A DNA stretch of 64,000 nucleotides, taken from contig OZ242005.1 of assembly GCA_965204725.1 (NCBI GenBank), positions 2,080,001 through 2,144,000 of the forward strand, written 5' to 3'. Under the pieces are notes generated by a model. That model saw only the letters and a program-made list of their open reading frames with translations, had not been told where the DNA came from and did not search any database. This DNA is from Candidatus Latescibacterota bacterium. GTDB taxonomy: Bacteria > Latescibacterota > UBA2968 > UBA8231. The stretch's first letter is position 1. Each line of letters begins with the position of its first letter. Made by a program: the position numbers and the translations under genes. This document shows, piece by piece, positions 19,449 through 29,559 of this stretch.

Positions 19449-20741
19449 CTAGATCACGTCGTCGCCGCAGTGCGACAAATAGTGCTCCAACGCCGCCATC
19501 CCCGCGCTGGTATCCACCCCGGCCCCCTCGTGCGCGAGCGCACCGCCCAAAGCGTGCAACACGCGGAACAGGTGCGGCGCTCGGCACTGCTCGCCCATCT
19601 GGCCGATGCGCACGATGTCGAGGCCAAAGGCCCCGGAGATTTCGACATTAAAGCGGCTCGACATATCGGCGCGCATCCGGGCGTTATCCACCCCGGCGGG
19701 CACTTTAATCGCCACCACCGAATTGAGGCGGATAGCACTCGGCGCGGCCAGCACCAGCCCCATCTGCTCAATGCCCGCTTGCAGGGCCAACGACGAGTGC
19801 CGGTGCCGCGCAAAGCGGCGCTCCAGCGTCTCCTCGCAGACCAACCGCAAAGCCTCGTGCAGGGCCAACAGCCCCGAGACCGGGGCCGTGTAATGGTACT
19901 GGTGGTGCTGCCAAAAGCTCTGCGCCCGCAGGGCGTCCAAGCACCAGTGCGGCTTAGGGCCGGGATGCTGCTGCACCTGTTCCCAAGCCGCGGCGGAAAA
20001 GGCGATCAGCGCGACGCCCGGCAGCGACGACAGGCCCTTCTGACTGCCGGTCAAGACCACGTCAATGCCCCAAGCGTCCTTTGCCAACGGCATGGTGCTC
20101 AACGTGCAGACCGCATCGACGACCACCAACGCCCCGTGCGCTTGGCACAAACGGGCAATGGCCGGCAGGTCCACCGTGCAAACGCCACTGGAGGTCTCGC
20201 CCTGCACCATCGTCACCACGTCGTACCGCTGCCCCTTGAGGCACTCGGCCACGCGCTCGGCGCAAATGGCGTGCCCTTCCGGCACGGCTAGCACTTCGAC
20301 CTCGGCCCCCACGCCAGCCGCCATCTCGGCAAAGCGCCCGCTAAACCAGCCATTTTGCAGCACCAAGGCGCGGCGACCGGGCCAGAGCAGATTGCCCATG
20401 GCCATCTCCATGGCGGCCGACGCCGGCCCCCCAATCCCCAAAATGTGCTCGTCGGCCGTCTGAAAGGCATAGCCCGCCAGTTGCTTGATGTGTTCGACCA
20501 GCCGATCCATCGTCGGCCCCAAGTGGTTGATGACCATGCCGCCAGCCCGAGCGACCTCGGCCGCCACCGGCACCGGCCCAGCCCCCATCAACAGCAGCGG
20601 CTCGGCCGGCAGGAGTTGGTCCAGCGGCGAAAACGCAGGAGCCTCTATCCCATCTCCACTCCCCCTTTGTGCCTTCTGTGCCTCTTGTGGCCCCATCCCT
20701 CCTACACCACAAACGCCCGACTCTACATTCCCCATACCCAA
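19449..20741 (-). CDS. Alanine-glyoxylate/serine-pyruvate class V aminotransferase
   Basis: LLMGAGP, QGETSSG, VDAVCT, TGSQKGLSSLPG, RIGQMG. Start position uncertain. Confidence 0.85.
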   Translation of the reverse strand: MGMGNVESGVCGVGGMGPQEAQKAQRGSGDGIEAPAFSPLDQLLPAEPLLLMGAGPVPVAAEVARAGGMVINHLGPTMDRLVEHIKQLAGYAFQTADEHILGIGGPASAAMEMAMGNLLWPGRRALVLQNGWFSGRFAEMAAGVGAEVEVLAVPEGHAICAERVAECLKGQRYDVVTMVQGETSSGVCTVDLPAIARLCQAHGALVVVDAVCTLSTMPLAKDAWGIDVVLTGSQKGLSSLPGVALIAFSAAAWEQVQQHPGPKPHWCLDALRAQSFWQHHQYHYTAPVSGLLALHEALRLVCEETLERRFARHRHSSLALQAGIEQMGLVLAAPSAIRLNSVVAIKVPAGVDNARMRADMSSRFNVEISGAFGLDIVRIGQMGEQCRAPHLFRVLHALGGALAHEGAGVDTSAGMAALEHYLSHCGDDVI

Positions 20742-20744
20742 TTC

Positions 20745-22127
20745 CTAATAGTTAATGGCCTCGCCAAACGCCTGCCCAGCCGCTTCCATGATCGCCTCGG
20801 ACAGAGTCGGATGCGCGTGCGAGGTAAACAAAAGCTCCTCGTAGGTCGCTTCCAAGCGGAGGGCCAACGTCAACTCGGCGATGAGTTCCGTGGCCTCGGC
20901 CCCCAAAATGGCCCCGCCCAACAACTCGCCGTAGCGTGCGTCAAAAACGAGCTTGACCAGCCCTTCGGTCTCCCCGGCGGCTTGCCCCTTACCGCTGGCC
21001 GCAAACGGAAAGCGCCCGACCTTGACGTCGTACCCAGCCTCGCGCGCTTGGCTTTCGCTCAGGCCGACGCTGGCTACTTGCGGCTGGCAATAGATGCAGT
21101 TGGGCACTTGGCGGGAGTCTAAGGCGGGCCGGTCGCGGCCGGCTATAAACTCGACGGCCGCGATTCCTTCCTGTGCGGCCGCGTGCGCCAACAGCGGCGG
21201 GCCGGCCACGTCGCCAATCGCGTAGATCCCCTTGGCGCTGGTCTGCATCCGCTCATCCACCACAATCGCGCCATCGCGGGTGCGGATGCCCAGCGCTTCC
21301 AGCCCTAGCCCCTCGATATTGCCCTGAACCCCGGTGGCGACTAGCACTTGCTCAACGCGCCGCGTCTGCTCCTGTGCGCCGACCCGGTAGCGCAGCGCGA
21401 CCCCGCGCTTTTGTCGCTTGACCTCCTCGACCCGGGCTTGGGGCACCACTTCGATCCCTTGCCGTGTCAAGCTCTCGGCCAGCCCCGCGGCGATCTCTTC
21501 GTCTTCACGCGGCAAAATCTGCGGCAGGGCTTCCAAGAGCAGCACCTTGCTGCCAAAGGCTCGGTAGAAATAGGCGAACTCGACGCCGATGGCCCCGGCC
21601 CCGATGATGGCGAGGGAGGCGGGCTGCGCGGCGACGACCATGGCCTCTCGGCTGGCGATGATCCGCTCGCCGTCGAACTCCACGCCCGGAATGGATTTGG
21701 GGCGGCTGCCGGTGGCCAGCACGACGTGCGCGGCCTCTAGCGGGGCCTCAACGCTCTCGACCGCGACTTGGCGACTCGGCGTCAACCGGCCCCGGCCGGC
21801 GAATACCTCGACTTGGTTTTTCCGCATCAAGGAGACCACGCCTTTGGCCAACTGCGCAGCGACTCGGCGGCTGCGACCAATGACCGCATCCCAATCCACA
21901 GTTGGCTTATCCACGCGCAAGCCGAACTCCTCGGCGCGCAAGAAAAGCCGGTACACTTCGGCTTGCTTGAGCAACGCCTTGGTGGGAATGCAGCCCCAGT
22001 TGAGACAGGTCCCGCCCAACTCGGCGTCTTCGACCAGCGCGGTTTTTAACCCCAACTGCCGCGCCCGAATGGCGGCTGAATAGCCCCCAGGGCCGCCGCC
22101 GATAACTACCACATCATACGCTGCCAT
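20745..22127 (-). CDS. lpdA: Dihydrolipoyl dehydrogenase
   Basis: GGGPGGY, GGTCLNWGCIPTK, GAGAIGVE, AIGD, HAHPTLSE. Confidence 0.95.
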   Translation of the reverse strand: MAAYDVVVIGGGPGGYSAAIRARQLGLKTALVEDAELGGTCLNWGCIPTKALLKQAEVYRLFLRAEEFGLRVDKPTVDWDAVIGRSRRVAAQLAKGVVSLMRKNQVEVFAGRGRLTPSRQVAVESVEAPLEAAHVVLATGSRPKSIPGVEFDGERIIASREAMVVAAQPASLAIIGAGAIGVEFAYFYRAFGSKVLLLEALPQILPREDEEIAAGLAESLTRQGIEVVPQARVEEVKRQKRGVALRYRVGAQEQTRRVEQVLVATGVQGNIEGLGLEALGIRTRDGAIVVDERMQTSAKGIYAIGDVAGPPLLAHAAAQEGIAAVEFIAGRDRPALDSRQVPNCIYCQPQVASVGLSESQAREAGYDVKVGRFPFAASGKGQAAGETEGLVKLVFDARYGELLGGAILGAEATELIAELTLALRLEATYEELLFTSHAHPTLSEAIMEAAGQAFGEAINY

Positions 22128-22257
22128 ATTGCATTTTCTCGTTAAGGTTCAGATAGAGGAAACCTTTAATCTAAAGGCAATCGCCTTCATTGCCCTCACG
22201 CACGTCATGTTTTATTGTAGCCAAACTAGCACCGCACTGTAAATAAAGGCAAATCCC

Positions 22258-22737
22258 GTGATCCAACAGCCCGCCAATCCCGCACAAACCCTGACCATTT
22301 TCACCGACGGCGCCTGTTCGTTCAATCCCGGTGGGCCTGGGGGCTGGGCGGCGCGGCTGCTCTACGGCGATGGCCGCATCGTCGAGCTGGGCGGGAGTGA
22401 CCCAGCCACGACGAACAACCGCATGGAGCTGCAAGCGGCCATTGAGGGGCTCCGCGCCGCCCCGCCCGGCAGCGCGATCACGCTCGTCACGGACAGCGAG
22501 TACTTGCGCAAGGGCATTACCAAGTGGATTCACGACTGGAAGCGGCGAGGCTGGCGCACGTCCACCAAAAGGCCCGTGCTCAACCAAGACCTGTGGCGCA
22601 CCCTAGACGAACTCAACACGCCCGCCGTCCAATGGCGATACACCCGCGGCCACGCCGGCGACCCAGACAACCAACGCTGCGACCAGATCGCCCGAGCCTT
22701 TTCGCGCGGAAAAACGCCCTTCCTGCACAACGCTTGA
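22258..22737 (+). CDS. rnhA: Ribonuclease HI
   Basis: FTDGACSFNPG, TTNNRMELQA, TDSEY, NQDLW, GHAG...NQRCD. Confidence 0.93.
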   Translation: MIQQPANPAQTLTIFTDGACSFNPGGPGGWAARLLYGDGRIVELGGSDPATTNNRMELQAAIEGLRAAPPGSAITLVTDSEYLRKGITKWIHDWKRRGWRTSTKRPVLNQDLWRTLDELNTPAVQWRYTRGHAGDPDNQRCDQIARAFSRGKTPFLHNA

Positions 22738-22766
22738 CCTAGCCACCCCAGTCGAAAGGATCGACC

Positions 22767-22838
22767 ATGTTCTACGGCTTGCTCTTCGTCCTCGCCCTCG
22801 CTGGCCTCACCTTCTCGGCGGCGGTCGTCGGCCACTAA
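22767..22838 (+). CDS. Putative 23-aa hydrophobic micropeptide
   Basis: GAAAGGA RBS; MFYGLLFVLALAGLTFSAAVVGH*; ends 28 nt before the kinase gene. Confidence 0.35.
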   Translation: MFYGLLFVLALAGLTFSAAVVGH

Positions 22839-22866
22839 AGCGCACCGGGCAAGGAGCGGACGACGG

Positions 22867-24972
22867 ATGCTCGCAAGCCGTAAAGGTCGGCGCGGCCAAC
22901 GGCAACGGCTGTGGCTGCGCCTGCTGGGCTATTACCTCGCCTTGGGGCTGGTGCCGGTGTTGCTGGTTGACCTGTTCGTGTTGAACACGGCCCGCGACGC
23001 CATCGCAGAGGCCGTGCTAGACAGCCGCCGCGAAATGGCCCACCGCACGGCCGAGGAAATCACCCACCTCTTTTCCTCCATCGCCTCCGACTTGCAACGC
23101 CTCGCCCAATATGCGGGAACCGAGCCGCAAGACGTGCCCGCGCTGCTCGAAAGGGCCGCGCTCGCAGACAGCGAAGTGGAGGGCCTTTACCTAGTGGACG
23201 CCCAAAACCAAGTACAGGCCGCGAGCGCGGCGGTTTCGTTGCCCGCTGCCTATGACTCGGACGCGGCTTGGGAGAAGGTCTCAGCAGGCAGCCTATACGT
23301 CGCCCTAATCGAAGAATTTCGGCAAACGCCCAAGCTCTTTGTCGCGCTACCCGTAGAGCGGGTCGACCAGCCGCCGCGACAAGCCCTCATCGCCCGCCTC
23401 GACTTTCACCGAGTGTGGCAAAAGATAAACCTCATCCACCTCGGCCGGACCGGCTACGCGACCTTGCTCCATGCCGAGGATGGGCACTATCTGGCTCGGC
23501 CCATGCGCCAAGCCTTCTACACGTGGCGACACCACCCGCACCTAGCGGCCATGCACGGGCCAGCGGGAACGCTCGCGTGGCGCGACGCGGCGGGCACGGC
23601 TTGGGTCACGGGATTTGCTCCGGTGCGCGACTGGGGCTGGATCGTCGCCATTGAGCAACACGCGGACGAGGCCTACTCCCCGTACACCCTCGTGCTGTAC
23701 GCGCTCTATGCGGTCATCGTGCTTTCGGCACTAGGGGCCTTGATTTTGGGCGGATTGACTCGCAACTCGGTCGTCGCGCCCCTCGTCTTGCTCACGCATG
23801 CCGTGCGCCGCCGCCGGGACGGCTATCCCCTCTTGGGAACCCCCACGGCGCGCCGAGACGAAATTGGCGAACTAGCCAACGCCTTTGTCGAGCTGGACCA
23901 AACGCTGGCCAAGCGCCAGCGGGACTTGGAGAGCACCTTGGACTTGCAGCGCCATCTGATTGAGGACAACCCCCTCGCCGTGGCCGTGCTCGACGCCGAG
24001 TACCGCATCGTGCAGAGTAACAAGGCGTGGGCCGGCTTGCGGCTGCCGGAACCGACCGCCGCCTTGAGCGCGACCCCTGCGGGTGCCCAAGTGTGCGCGT
24101 GGCTAAAGGCCCATCCGACCGCGCAAGTGGCGGACAACCTCGCCATCGAGGATACCGAGGGCACTATGCACTATTGGAACCTACGCACGGCCGAGTTGAG
24201 CCTCGACCATCGCGGCAAGGTCTTGCTCATGGTGGAAGACCAGACGCAGCAACACCTGCTCGAACTACACTACATGCAGGCCGAAAAGCTATCGGCGCTC
24301 GGGGCGGTGGCCGCCGGCGTCGCGCACGAAATCAAAAACCCCCTCGCCATTGTGCAGAACACCTGCGACCTGCTGCCGCGATTGACGCCCGAAGAAAAAG
24401 AGGAGCGCGACGAGACCTTGCTCATGATGCGCGCGGCCATCCGCCGCATAGACGAGCGCGTCAGCAGTCTGCTCGACTTCGCCCGGCCGGCTCAACACCT
24501 CGTGGAGCAAATCGACGCGGTCGAGGTGCTAGAGCAGCTCCTCAACTTGGAGACCAAACACGCCGAGCACCTCGGCATCTCGATTGAGCGGTGCTTTGAG
24601 CCGGTGTCCCCGGTGCTCATAAACCGCGACATGCTCAAAGACATCTACCTCAACATCATCCGCAACGCCTTCCAAGCCATGCCCCAAGGCGGCCGCTTGC
24701 AGGTGAGTGCCCGCCCCGCGCCAGAGGGCGTCGCCATAAAAATCTGCGACACCGGCACCGGCATTGAGCCAACCCAGATCGCCCGCATCTTTGAGCCGTT
24801 CTTTTCCACCAAGGCCCCGGGGGAAGGCACGGGCTTGGGGCTAGCCATTGCCCAGCGTCAGCTACGAGAAATCGGCGGCCACATAGAGGTTACGAGCCGC
24901 CTCGGCAAAGGCACTTGCTTCGCGCTCTTGCTGCCTTACAATAGAGATAGAGAGGAAGAGGAAAAGGCATAG
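22867..24972 (+). CDS. Sensor histidine kinase (TM-Cache-TM-HAMP-PAS-HisKA-HATPase)
   Basis: RRDEIGELANAF, GVAHEIKNPL, NIIRNA, DTGTGI, FEPFFSTK, GTGLGL. Confidence 0.92.
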   Translation: MLASRKGRRGQRQRLWLRLLGYYLALGLVPVLLVDLFVLNTARDAIAEAVLDSRREMAHRTAEEITHLFSSIASDLQRLAQYAGTEPQDVPALLERAALADSEVEGLYLVDAQNQVQAASAAVSLPAAYDSDAAWEKVSAGSLYVALIEEFRQTPKLFVALPVERVDQPPRQALIARLDFHRVWQKINLIHLGRTGYATLLHAEDGHYLARPMRQAFYTWRHHPHLAAMHGPAGTLAWRDAAGTAWVTGFAPVRDWGWIVAIEQHADEAYSPYTLVLYALYAVIVLSALGALILGGLTRNSVVAPLVLLTHAVRRRRDGYPLLGTPTARRDEIGELANAFVELDQTLAKRQRDLESTLDLQRHLIEDNPLAVAVLDAEYRIVQSNKAWAGLRLPEPTAALSATPAGAQVCAWLKAHPTAQVADNLAIEDTEGTMHYWNLRTAELSLDHRGKVLLMVEDQTQQHLLELHYMQAEKLSALGAVAAGVAHEIKNPLAIVQNTCDLLPRLTPEEKEERDETLLMMRAAIRRIDERVSSLLDFARPAQHLVEQIDAVEVLEQLLNLETKHAEHLGISIERCFEPVSPVLINRDMLKDIYLNIIRNAFQAMPQGGRLQVSARPAPEGVAIKICDTGTGIEPTQIARIFEPFFSTKAPGEGTGLGLAIAQRQLREIGGHIEVTSRLGKGTCFALLLPYNRDREEEEKA

Positions 24973-24974
24973 AC

Positions 24975-26345
24975 ATGGCCCAATACGACGGCAAAATCCT
25001 CATGATCGACGACGAGCAAGCCCTGCTCAAGCTGTCGAGCAGCATCTTGCGGCGCGAAGGCTTCGCCGTGGAGACCCGCTCGGACGCCCGCGAGGCCCTC
25101 GCGCTCCTACAAGACGAATCCTTTGACATCATCCTGCTCGACTTGCGTATGCCCGAGATGAGCGGCCTCGATTTTCTGCGGCACTTCAACGTGCGCGCGC
25201 GGCCCGAGGAAGTGCTCATCCTAACGGCGCATGCCGATGTCCAAAGCGCGGTAGAAACCGTCAAGCTGGGGGCTTATGGGTATCTCGCCAAGCCCTTTAA
25301 CGCCGAAGAGATTCTCAACCACATCAGCAAGATCCGCGAGTTGCAAAAGCTGCGGGCCGAGAACGAGCGGCTGCGCCAAGCGCAGGGCGCGGGATTGGGC
25401 ATGGTCGGCGAGACCGAGCCGATGCGGCACATCTACCGAATGGTCCAAGACGTGGCCTCCACACCCCTGCCCGTGCTTATCTGCGGCGAGAGCGGCACCG
25501 GCAAGGAGCTCGTGGCCGCGGCCATTCACCGCGCCAGCGACCGCGCCGCCCGCCCGTTTGTGCGCTGCAACTGCGCGGCCCTAAACCCAGGCGTCCTAGA
25601 GAGCGAATTGTTCGGGCACGTAAAAGGTGCTTTTACCAGCGCGGTGCGCGACCGCAAGGGGCGCTTTATGGAGGCCAACGGCGGCACCTTGTTCCTCGAC
25701 GAAATCGGCGACATGGAGGTGGGGTTGCAAACTCGGCTGTTGCGCGTGTTGCAGGAAGGGGAGTTCGAGCAGGTCGGCTCGACGCAGACGCACCAAGTGG
25801 ATGTGCGCGTGCTTTCGGCTACCAACCAAAACCTCAACCGGGCCATGGCCAGCGGCAAATTCCGCGAGGATTTATTCTACCGCCTCAACGCGGTCACCAT
25901 TGAGGTGCCGCCGCTGCGCCAGCGCAAGGCCGACATTCCCTTGTTGTGTCAGGCTTTTATCGACAAGATGAGCGAGCGGCTCAACACACAGGTGCAGCGA
26001 GTGGGCGCACAGGCGTTGGCGCGGCTGGAGAGCCACGACTGGCCCGGCAATGTGCGCGAACTGGAAAACGCCATTTTGCGCGCGATGGCTTTGGCCAAAG
26101 GCGAGGAAATTGCGCTGGCCGACCTGCCGGCCAATGTCACAGAACGCATTGCGGAAGAGACGCCCGAAGAAGAGGCCCTTTTCCACGACGCCCGCGAGCA
26201 ATTTGAGGAACAGTTTATACGCAATGCCCTCGCAGCAACCCGCGGCAACATCAGCCAAGCGGCCGAGCGCATCCAGCTCGGGCGGCGCAACTTACAGCGC
26301 AAGATCAAGCAGTTCGACATCGACGTGAGCCAATACAGCCGCTAG
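24975..26345 (+). CDS. NtrC-family sigma54-dependent response regulator (REC-AAA+-Fis HTH)
   Basis: IDDE, LLDLRMP, GESGTGKE, ELFGH.KGAFTSA, FLDEIG, WPGNVREL, NISQAA..I.LGR..L.RK. Confidence 0.93.
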   Translation: MAQYDGKILMIDDEQALLKLSSSILRREGFAVETRSDAREALALLQDESFDIILLDLRMPEMSGLDFLRHFNVRARPEEVLILTAHADVQSAVETVKLGAYGYLAKPFNAEEILNHISKIRELQKLRAENERLRQAQGAGLGMVGETEPMRHIYRMVQDVASTPLPVLICGESGTGKELVAAAIHRASDRAARPFVRCNCAALNPGVLESELFGHVKGAFTSAVRDRKGRFMEANGGTLFLDEIGDMEVGLQTRLLRVLQEGEFEQVGSTQTHQVDVRVLSATNQNLNRAMASGKFREDLFYRLNAVTIEVPPLRQRKADIPLLCQAFIDKMSERLNTQVQRVGAQALARLESHDWPGNVRELENAILRAMALAKGEEIALADLPANVTERIAEETPEEEALFHDAREQFEEQFIRNALAATRGNISQAAERIQLGRRNLQRKIKQFDIDVSQYSR

Positions 26346-26382
26346 CTTGCAAACTTACCTTTCCACCGAATAGGAGAAGGCA

Positions 26383-26580
26383 ATGTTGGAAATCCACAAG
26401 TCCTACATCCTCGACGAAAACCAAATCCCCATAGCCGTGCAGATTCCACTGGCGGAATTTGAGCGTCTCGAAGAAGCCATTGAAAATTATGGCCTCGCCC
26501 AACTAATAAATGAAGTACAAGACGAAGAACGTCTTACAGGCGAAGACGCCTATAATCACTATACGTCGCTAAAAAGCTGA
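26383..26580 (+). CDS. Small acidic antitoxin-like protein (no adjacent toxin)
   Basis: Strong RBS; the YILDEN..PIAVQIP..EFERL pattern resembles partners of RelE-type toxins. Confidence 0.5.
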   Translation: MLEIHKSYILDENQIPIAVQIPLAEFERLEEAIENYGLAQLINEVQDEERLTGEDAYNHYTSLKS

Positions 26581-26710
26581 TTTCCTTAGCAGTCTCTCCC
26601 ATGGCGCAGACATTCTCGTCTGCGATGTACCGCTCTCCACATCAACGCACCCCAACTGTCCGCTGGCGAACACCTGCTGTCCGCTGGCGTACACCTTTTT
26701 GGCCATGCCT

Positions 26711-26909
26711 TGCGATAATTCGACGCACTTGTGCGATGTATTGTCGCACTTTTAGGCCGTCAAAAGGGCTACGCAAAGGGCCTGAGAGACGAATGAAAAA
26801 TTTTGTTTAATTTTTATAACGTATTGTTTAACAGATATTTAGAGCTAAAAAATCAAAAAAATCGGCGCGATTGATGGCTGTTGGGACGCTCATTGGCACG
26901 ATTGTTGCA
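26711..26909 (+). promoter_or_regulatory. Sigma54 promoter module, copy 1
   Basis: TGCG-N9-CGCA boxes at 26711 and 26732, an AT-rich IHF-like tract, and TTGGCACGATTGTTGCA at 26893-26909. Confidence 0.85.
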
Positions 26910-26958
26910 TCAATACATACCGAAGCAACAACCCGCACTCTTCCACAAGGAGGGCATC

Positions 26959-27756
26959 ATGCAACGCTTAGCCATTCGCATCCTGTGCGTCACCCTGACC
27001 GCCGTCTCCAGCACCGCGGCCGTCCAGACCAAATACCCGCACGGCGGCTTTGAGCCTCGCCTCGACAAACTCCAAGGCTTGCTGGACTACATCCACACTG
27101 TGGAGATGATCGAGGTCAAAGCTGGCCCCACGTTGTGGCAGGCCATCGAGGCCATTCCCGTCGCGGCAGGCGTCCCCATCACGCCCGTGCAAGAAGCCGA
27201 CCTGCGCGCTTGGCTCTACGATTTTCTCGTCGCCTTTTCCGGCTCTGGCAACGACAGCCTCGCCGCCCAGTTCTACCTCCGCGAGGGCGTCAACAACCCC
27301 ACGGCCTTGAAGCATATAAAAGAGACCCTAGAGCATTGGGGCGTCCGCAAAGGCGACACGCCCTTTGACCTCTTTCAAGCCATGCACCGCGCCATCCTCG
27401 ACGATCAAGGCAGCGAATACCGCTTTGGCCATGCCTTCTTTCGCCACAGCACCTTCAAGGTGTTTGAGATGCAGGACCGCTACGAGCACTATCGGTCGTA
27501 TCCGCGCAACGTCGTCAAGGCCAAGTTCAAATTGCAGCAAGAGGTGGAAGCGGCACTGCAAGCCGGCGAGAAGCGGGTCTTCACCGACATCGCGTTTGTC
27601 ACCGAAGAGTCAGCCGGGTTCGTTGGGGCGGAAGAGCCGGTCTGCACTCCCTTCTTCTGTCGGCTAGTCTGGGATCCAGAGCGGGCGATGTGGCGCTTTG
27701 TCGAGGTCTTCTACACCTCCAAGCGACCCAATCCTTTTCTCTTCTCGGCCATGTAA
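26959..27756 (+). CDS. Exported family-X protein, paralogue 1
   Basis: RBS, signal peptide, GGF..., LRAWLYDFLVAFS.SG.DSLAA.FYLREGVNNP, RLVWDPERAMWR. Confidence 0.85.
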   Translation: MQRLAIRILCVTLTAVSSTAAVQTKYPHGGFEPRLDKLQGLLDYIHTVEMIEVKAGPTLWQAIEAIPVAAGVPITPVQEADLRAWLYDFLVAFSGSGNDSLAAQFYLREGVNNPTALKHIKETLEHWGVRKGDTPFDLFQAMHRAILDDQGSEYRFGHAFFRHSTFKVFEMQDRYEHYRSYPRNVVKAKFKLQQEVEAALQAGEKRVFTDIAFVTEESAGFVGAEEPVCTPFFCRLVWDPERAMWRFVEVFYTSKRPNPFLFSAM

Positions 27757-27763
27757 TCAACAC

Positions 27764-27806
27764 AATAGAAGCGGGCAGCTTAAAGACAGGCTGTCCGCTT
27801 CTATTT
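27764..27806 (+). terminator. Stem-loop after family-X paralogue 1
   Basis: AATAGAAGCGGGCAGC...GCTGTCCGCTTCTATT inverted repeat. Confidence 0.55.
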
Positions 27807-28002
27807 ACACCCCTGCCGCCCGGCAGGGCGTCGGCTATCTGGTCTGCAACTCCTCGCCCCCGACTGCATCTCTAGCGAAAACCCACCGTCCGTTCCGCAT
27901 CAATCACAGCGTCAGACCTTGCCTCTCTCAAAAACCATAGGCACACTAATAGCAAACAATGGCAGCAAAGACTACTCGCTGTAACTCCCAAAGGAGTCTG
28001 CC

Positions 28003-29559
28003 GTGATCGCCATCGTGTTCAAAAGAGAGCTGCTCTCGCACCTGCTCAGTCGGCAATTTGCCATCTGCACCGCCTTGGCCGTGCTACTGATGAGCACCAA
28101 CGGCTTGGTCACTAGCCAGAGTTGGTCTTTGAAAAAGGCCAGTTACCAAGCCAAAAAGGCCGTCGAAATCCAAAAGTCACGCGACATTACTTATTATGGT
28201 GCGTTGGCCGCCGACACCGACCGGTCGAGTCGGGTCGGGAGATACAAGAAGCGAGTCGCCCCTCGCGCCTTGCGGGCACCGCGCCCCTTAGAGCTGTTTG
28301 CCCAAGGCGACGAAGCCCGCCTAGGGCAAGCCGTGCCGGTACTGCTTTTTGAAGTACCTCACATCGTCGAGCAAGTCGATCCCTTCAACTCGGACAACCA
28401 CTTTCTATCCCTCTTCAGTACCTACGACATGGTCTATGTCTTTCAACTCGTGTTGGGGCTGTTGGCCATCCTCATGGCCAGCGAGACCATCTCTAGAGAA
28501 AAGGAAGACGGCACCCTACGGCTGACCCTGACGACTAATGTCAGCCGCGCCCAACTCCTCGCCGGCAAGCTCTTGGGCGGGGTGACGATGCTGGCCATTC
28601 CCACAGCCTTGGGCTTTATCGTCCTCATGATCATCCTCTTGGGCACGGACGGCGCGGACGTGGGCCTCGCCGAATGGTGGGGTATGGGCGTCCTCTTCCT
28701 GCTCTCGCTTTTGTATCTGACGGTGCTCTACTTAATCGGTTTGGTGGTCTCGTGCGCCACGGACCGCTCGGCGACCAGCTTGGTGTGCGCGCTTTTTGTG
28801 TGGGCCTTGCTGGTCATCGTGCTACCCAACAGTATCGCCGCTCTGCTCAACGAGCGAGCCAACATGAGCGAGAAAAACGACCAAGCCGATGTTCGAGCGG
28901 CCCAAGTGTGGGACGAGTTGGAACAAGCCCTGCAAGATCTGGTGCGTACCTACGGCCAGCGGAGATACCCGCCCGTCAATCTGGTCGAGCAAGTCCAGCC
29001 GACCGATCTATCCATTGGCAAGGGCATGTTCTACAATGGCGGATCAAAGCCCGAACTATATATAAACAGCATCGCCGACACGCCTCAATTAGCCACCTTC
29101 CAAGACATCATCCGCACCGGCGAGCGGCTGCGCCTGCAATACGCCCAACGCGCATGGAATGCCCAAGTATCCCTTGTTGAAACCTTCCCGCGCCGCTTAA
29201 AACGCCAAAATGCCCAACTCCAACGCCTCTTCCCAGCCGGGGCTTACGCCCAAGCCGCCAGTGCCATCGCCGGCACCAGCCAAGAGGAATTCTACGGCTT
29301 TATTGATCAGGTGCGCGACTATCGCCGCCAGATCCTCAAGTACTTCAAAGACCGCGATGCCTTTGGCAGCCGCACGTACTTCAACGACGACTCAGGATGG
29401 GAAGCTGACCTCGGCGACATGCCCTACTTCCAAGAGCGACAGGCCACTTCCTATCAGCGTTTGCGCCAGAGCTTGCCAGCCCTCGCTGTCCTGCTGCTGT
29501 ATGCCGCCGGTCTGTTTGTGCTTGCTAATCGCCTGTTTGCCCGTTACAACGCCACCTAA
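28003..29559 (+). CDS. ABC-2 type permease, subfamily A, copy 1
   Basis: IVFKRELL start, ISREKEDGTLRL.LT..VSR...L.GK, six TM helices and two large loops. Confidence 0.88.
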   Translation: MIAIVFKRELLSHLLSRQFAICTALAVLLMSTNGLVTSQSWSLKKASYQAKKAVEIQKSRDITYYGALAADTDRSSRVGRYKKRVAPRALRAPRPLELFAQGDEARLGQAVPVLLFEVPHIVEQVDPFNSDNHFLSLFSTYDMVYVFQLVLGLLAILMASETISREKEDGTLRLTLTTNVSRAQLLAGKLLGGVTMLAIPTALGFIVLMIILLGTDGADVGLAEWWGMGVLFLLSLLYLTVLYLIGLVVSCATDRSATSLVCALFVWALLVIVLPNSIAALLNERANMSEKNDQADVRAAQVWDELEQALQDLVRTYGQRRYPPVNLVEQVQPTDLSIGKGMFYNGGSKPELYINSIADTPQLATFQDIIRTGERLRLQYAQRAWNAQVSLVETFPRRLKRQNAQLQRLFPAGAYAQAASAIAGTSQEEFYGFIDQVRDYRRQILKYFKDRDAFGSRTYFNDDSGWEADLGDMPYFQERQATSYQRLRQSLPALAVLLLYAAGLFVLANRLFARYNAT

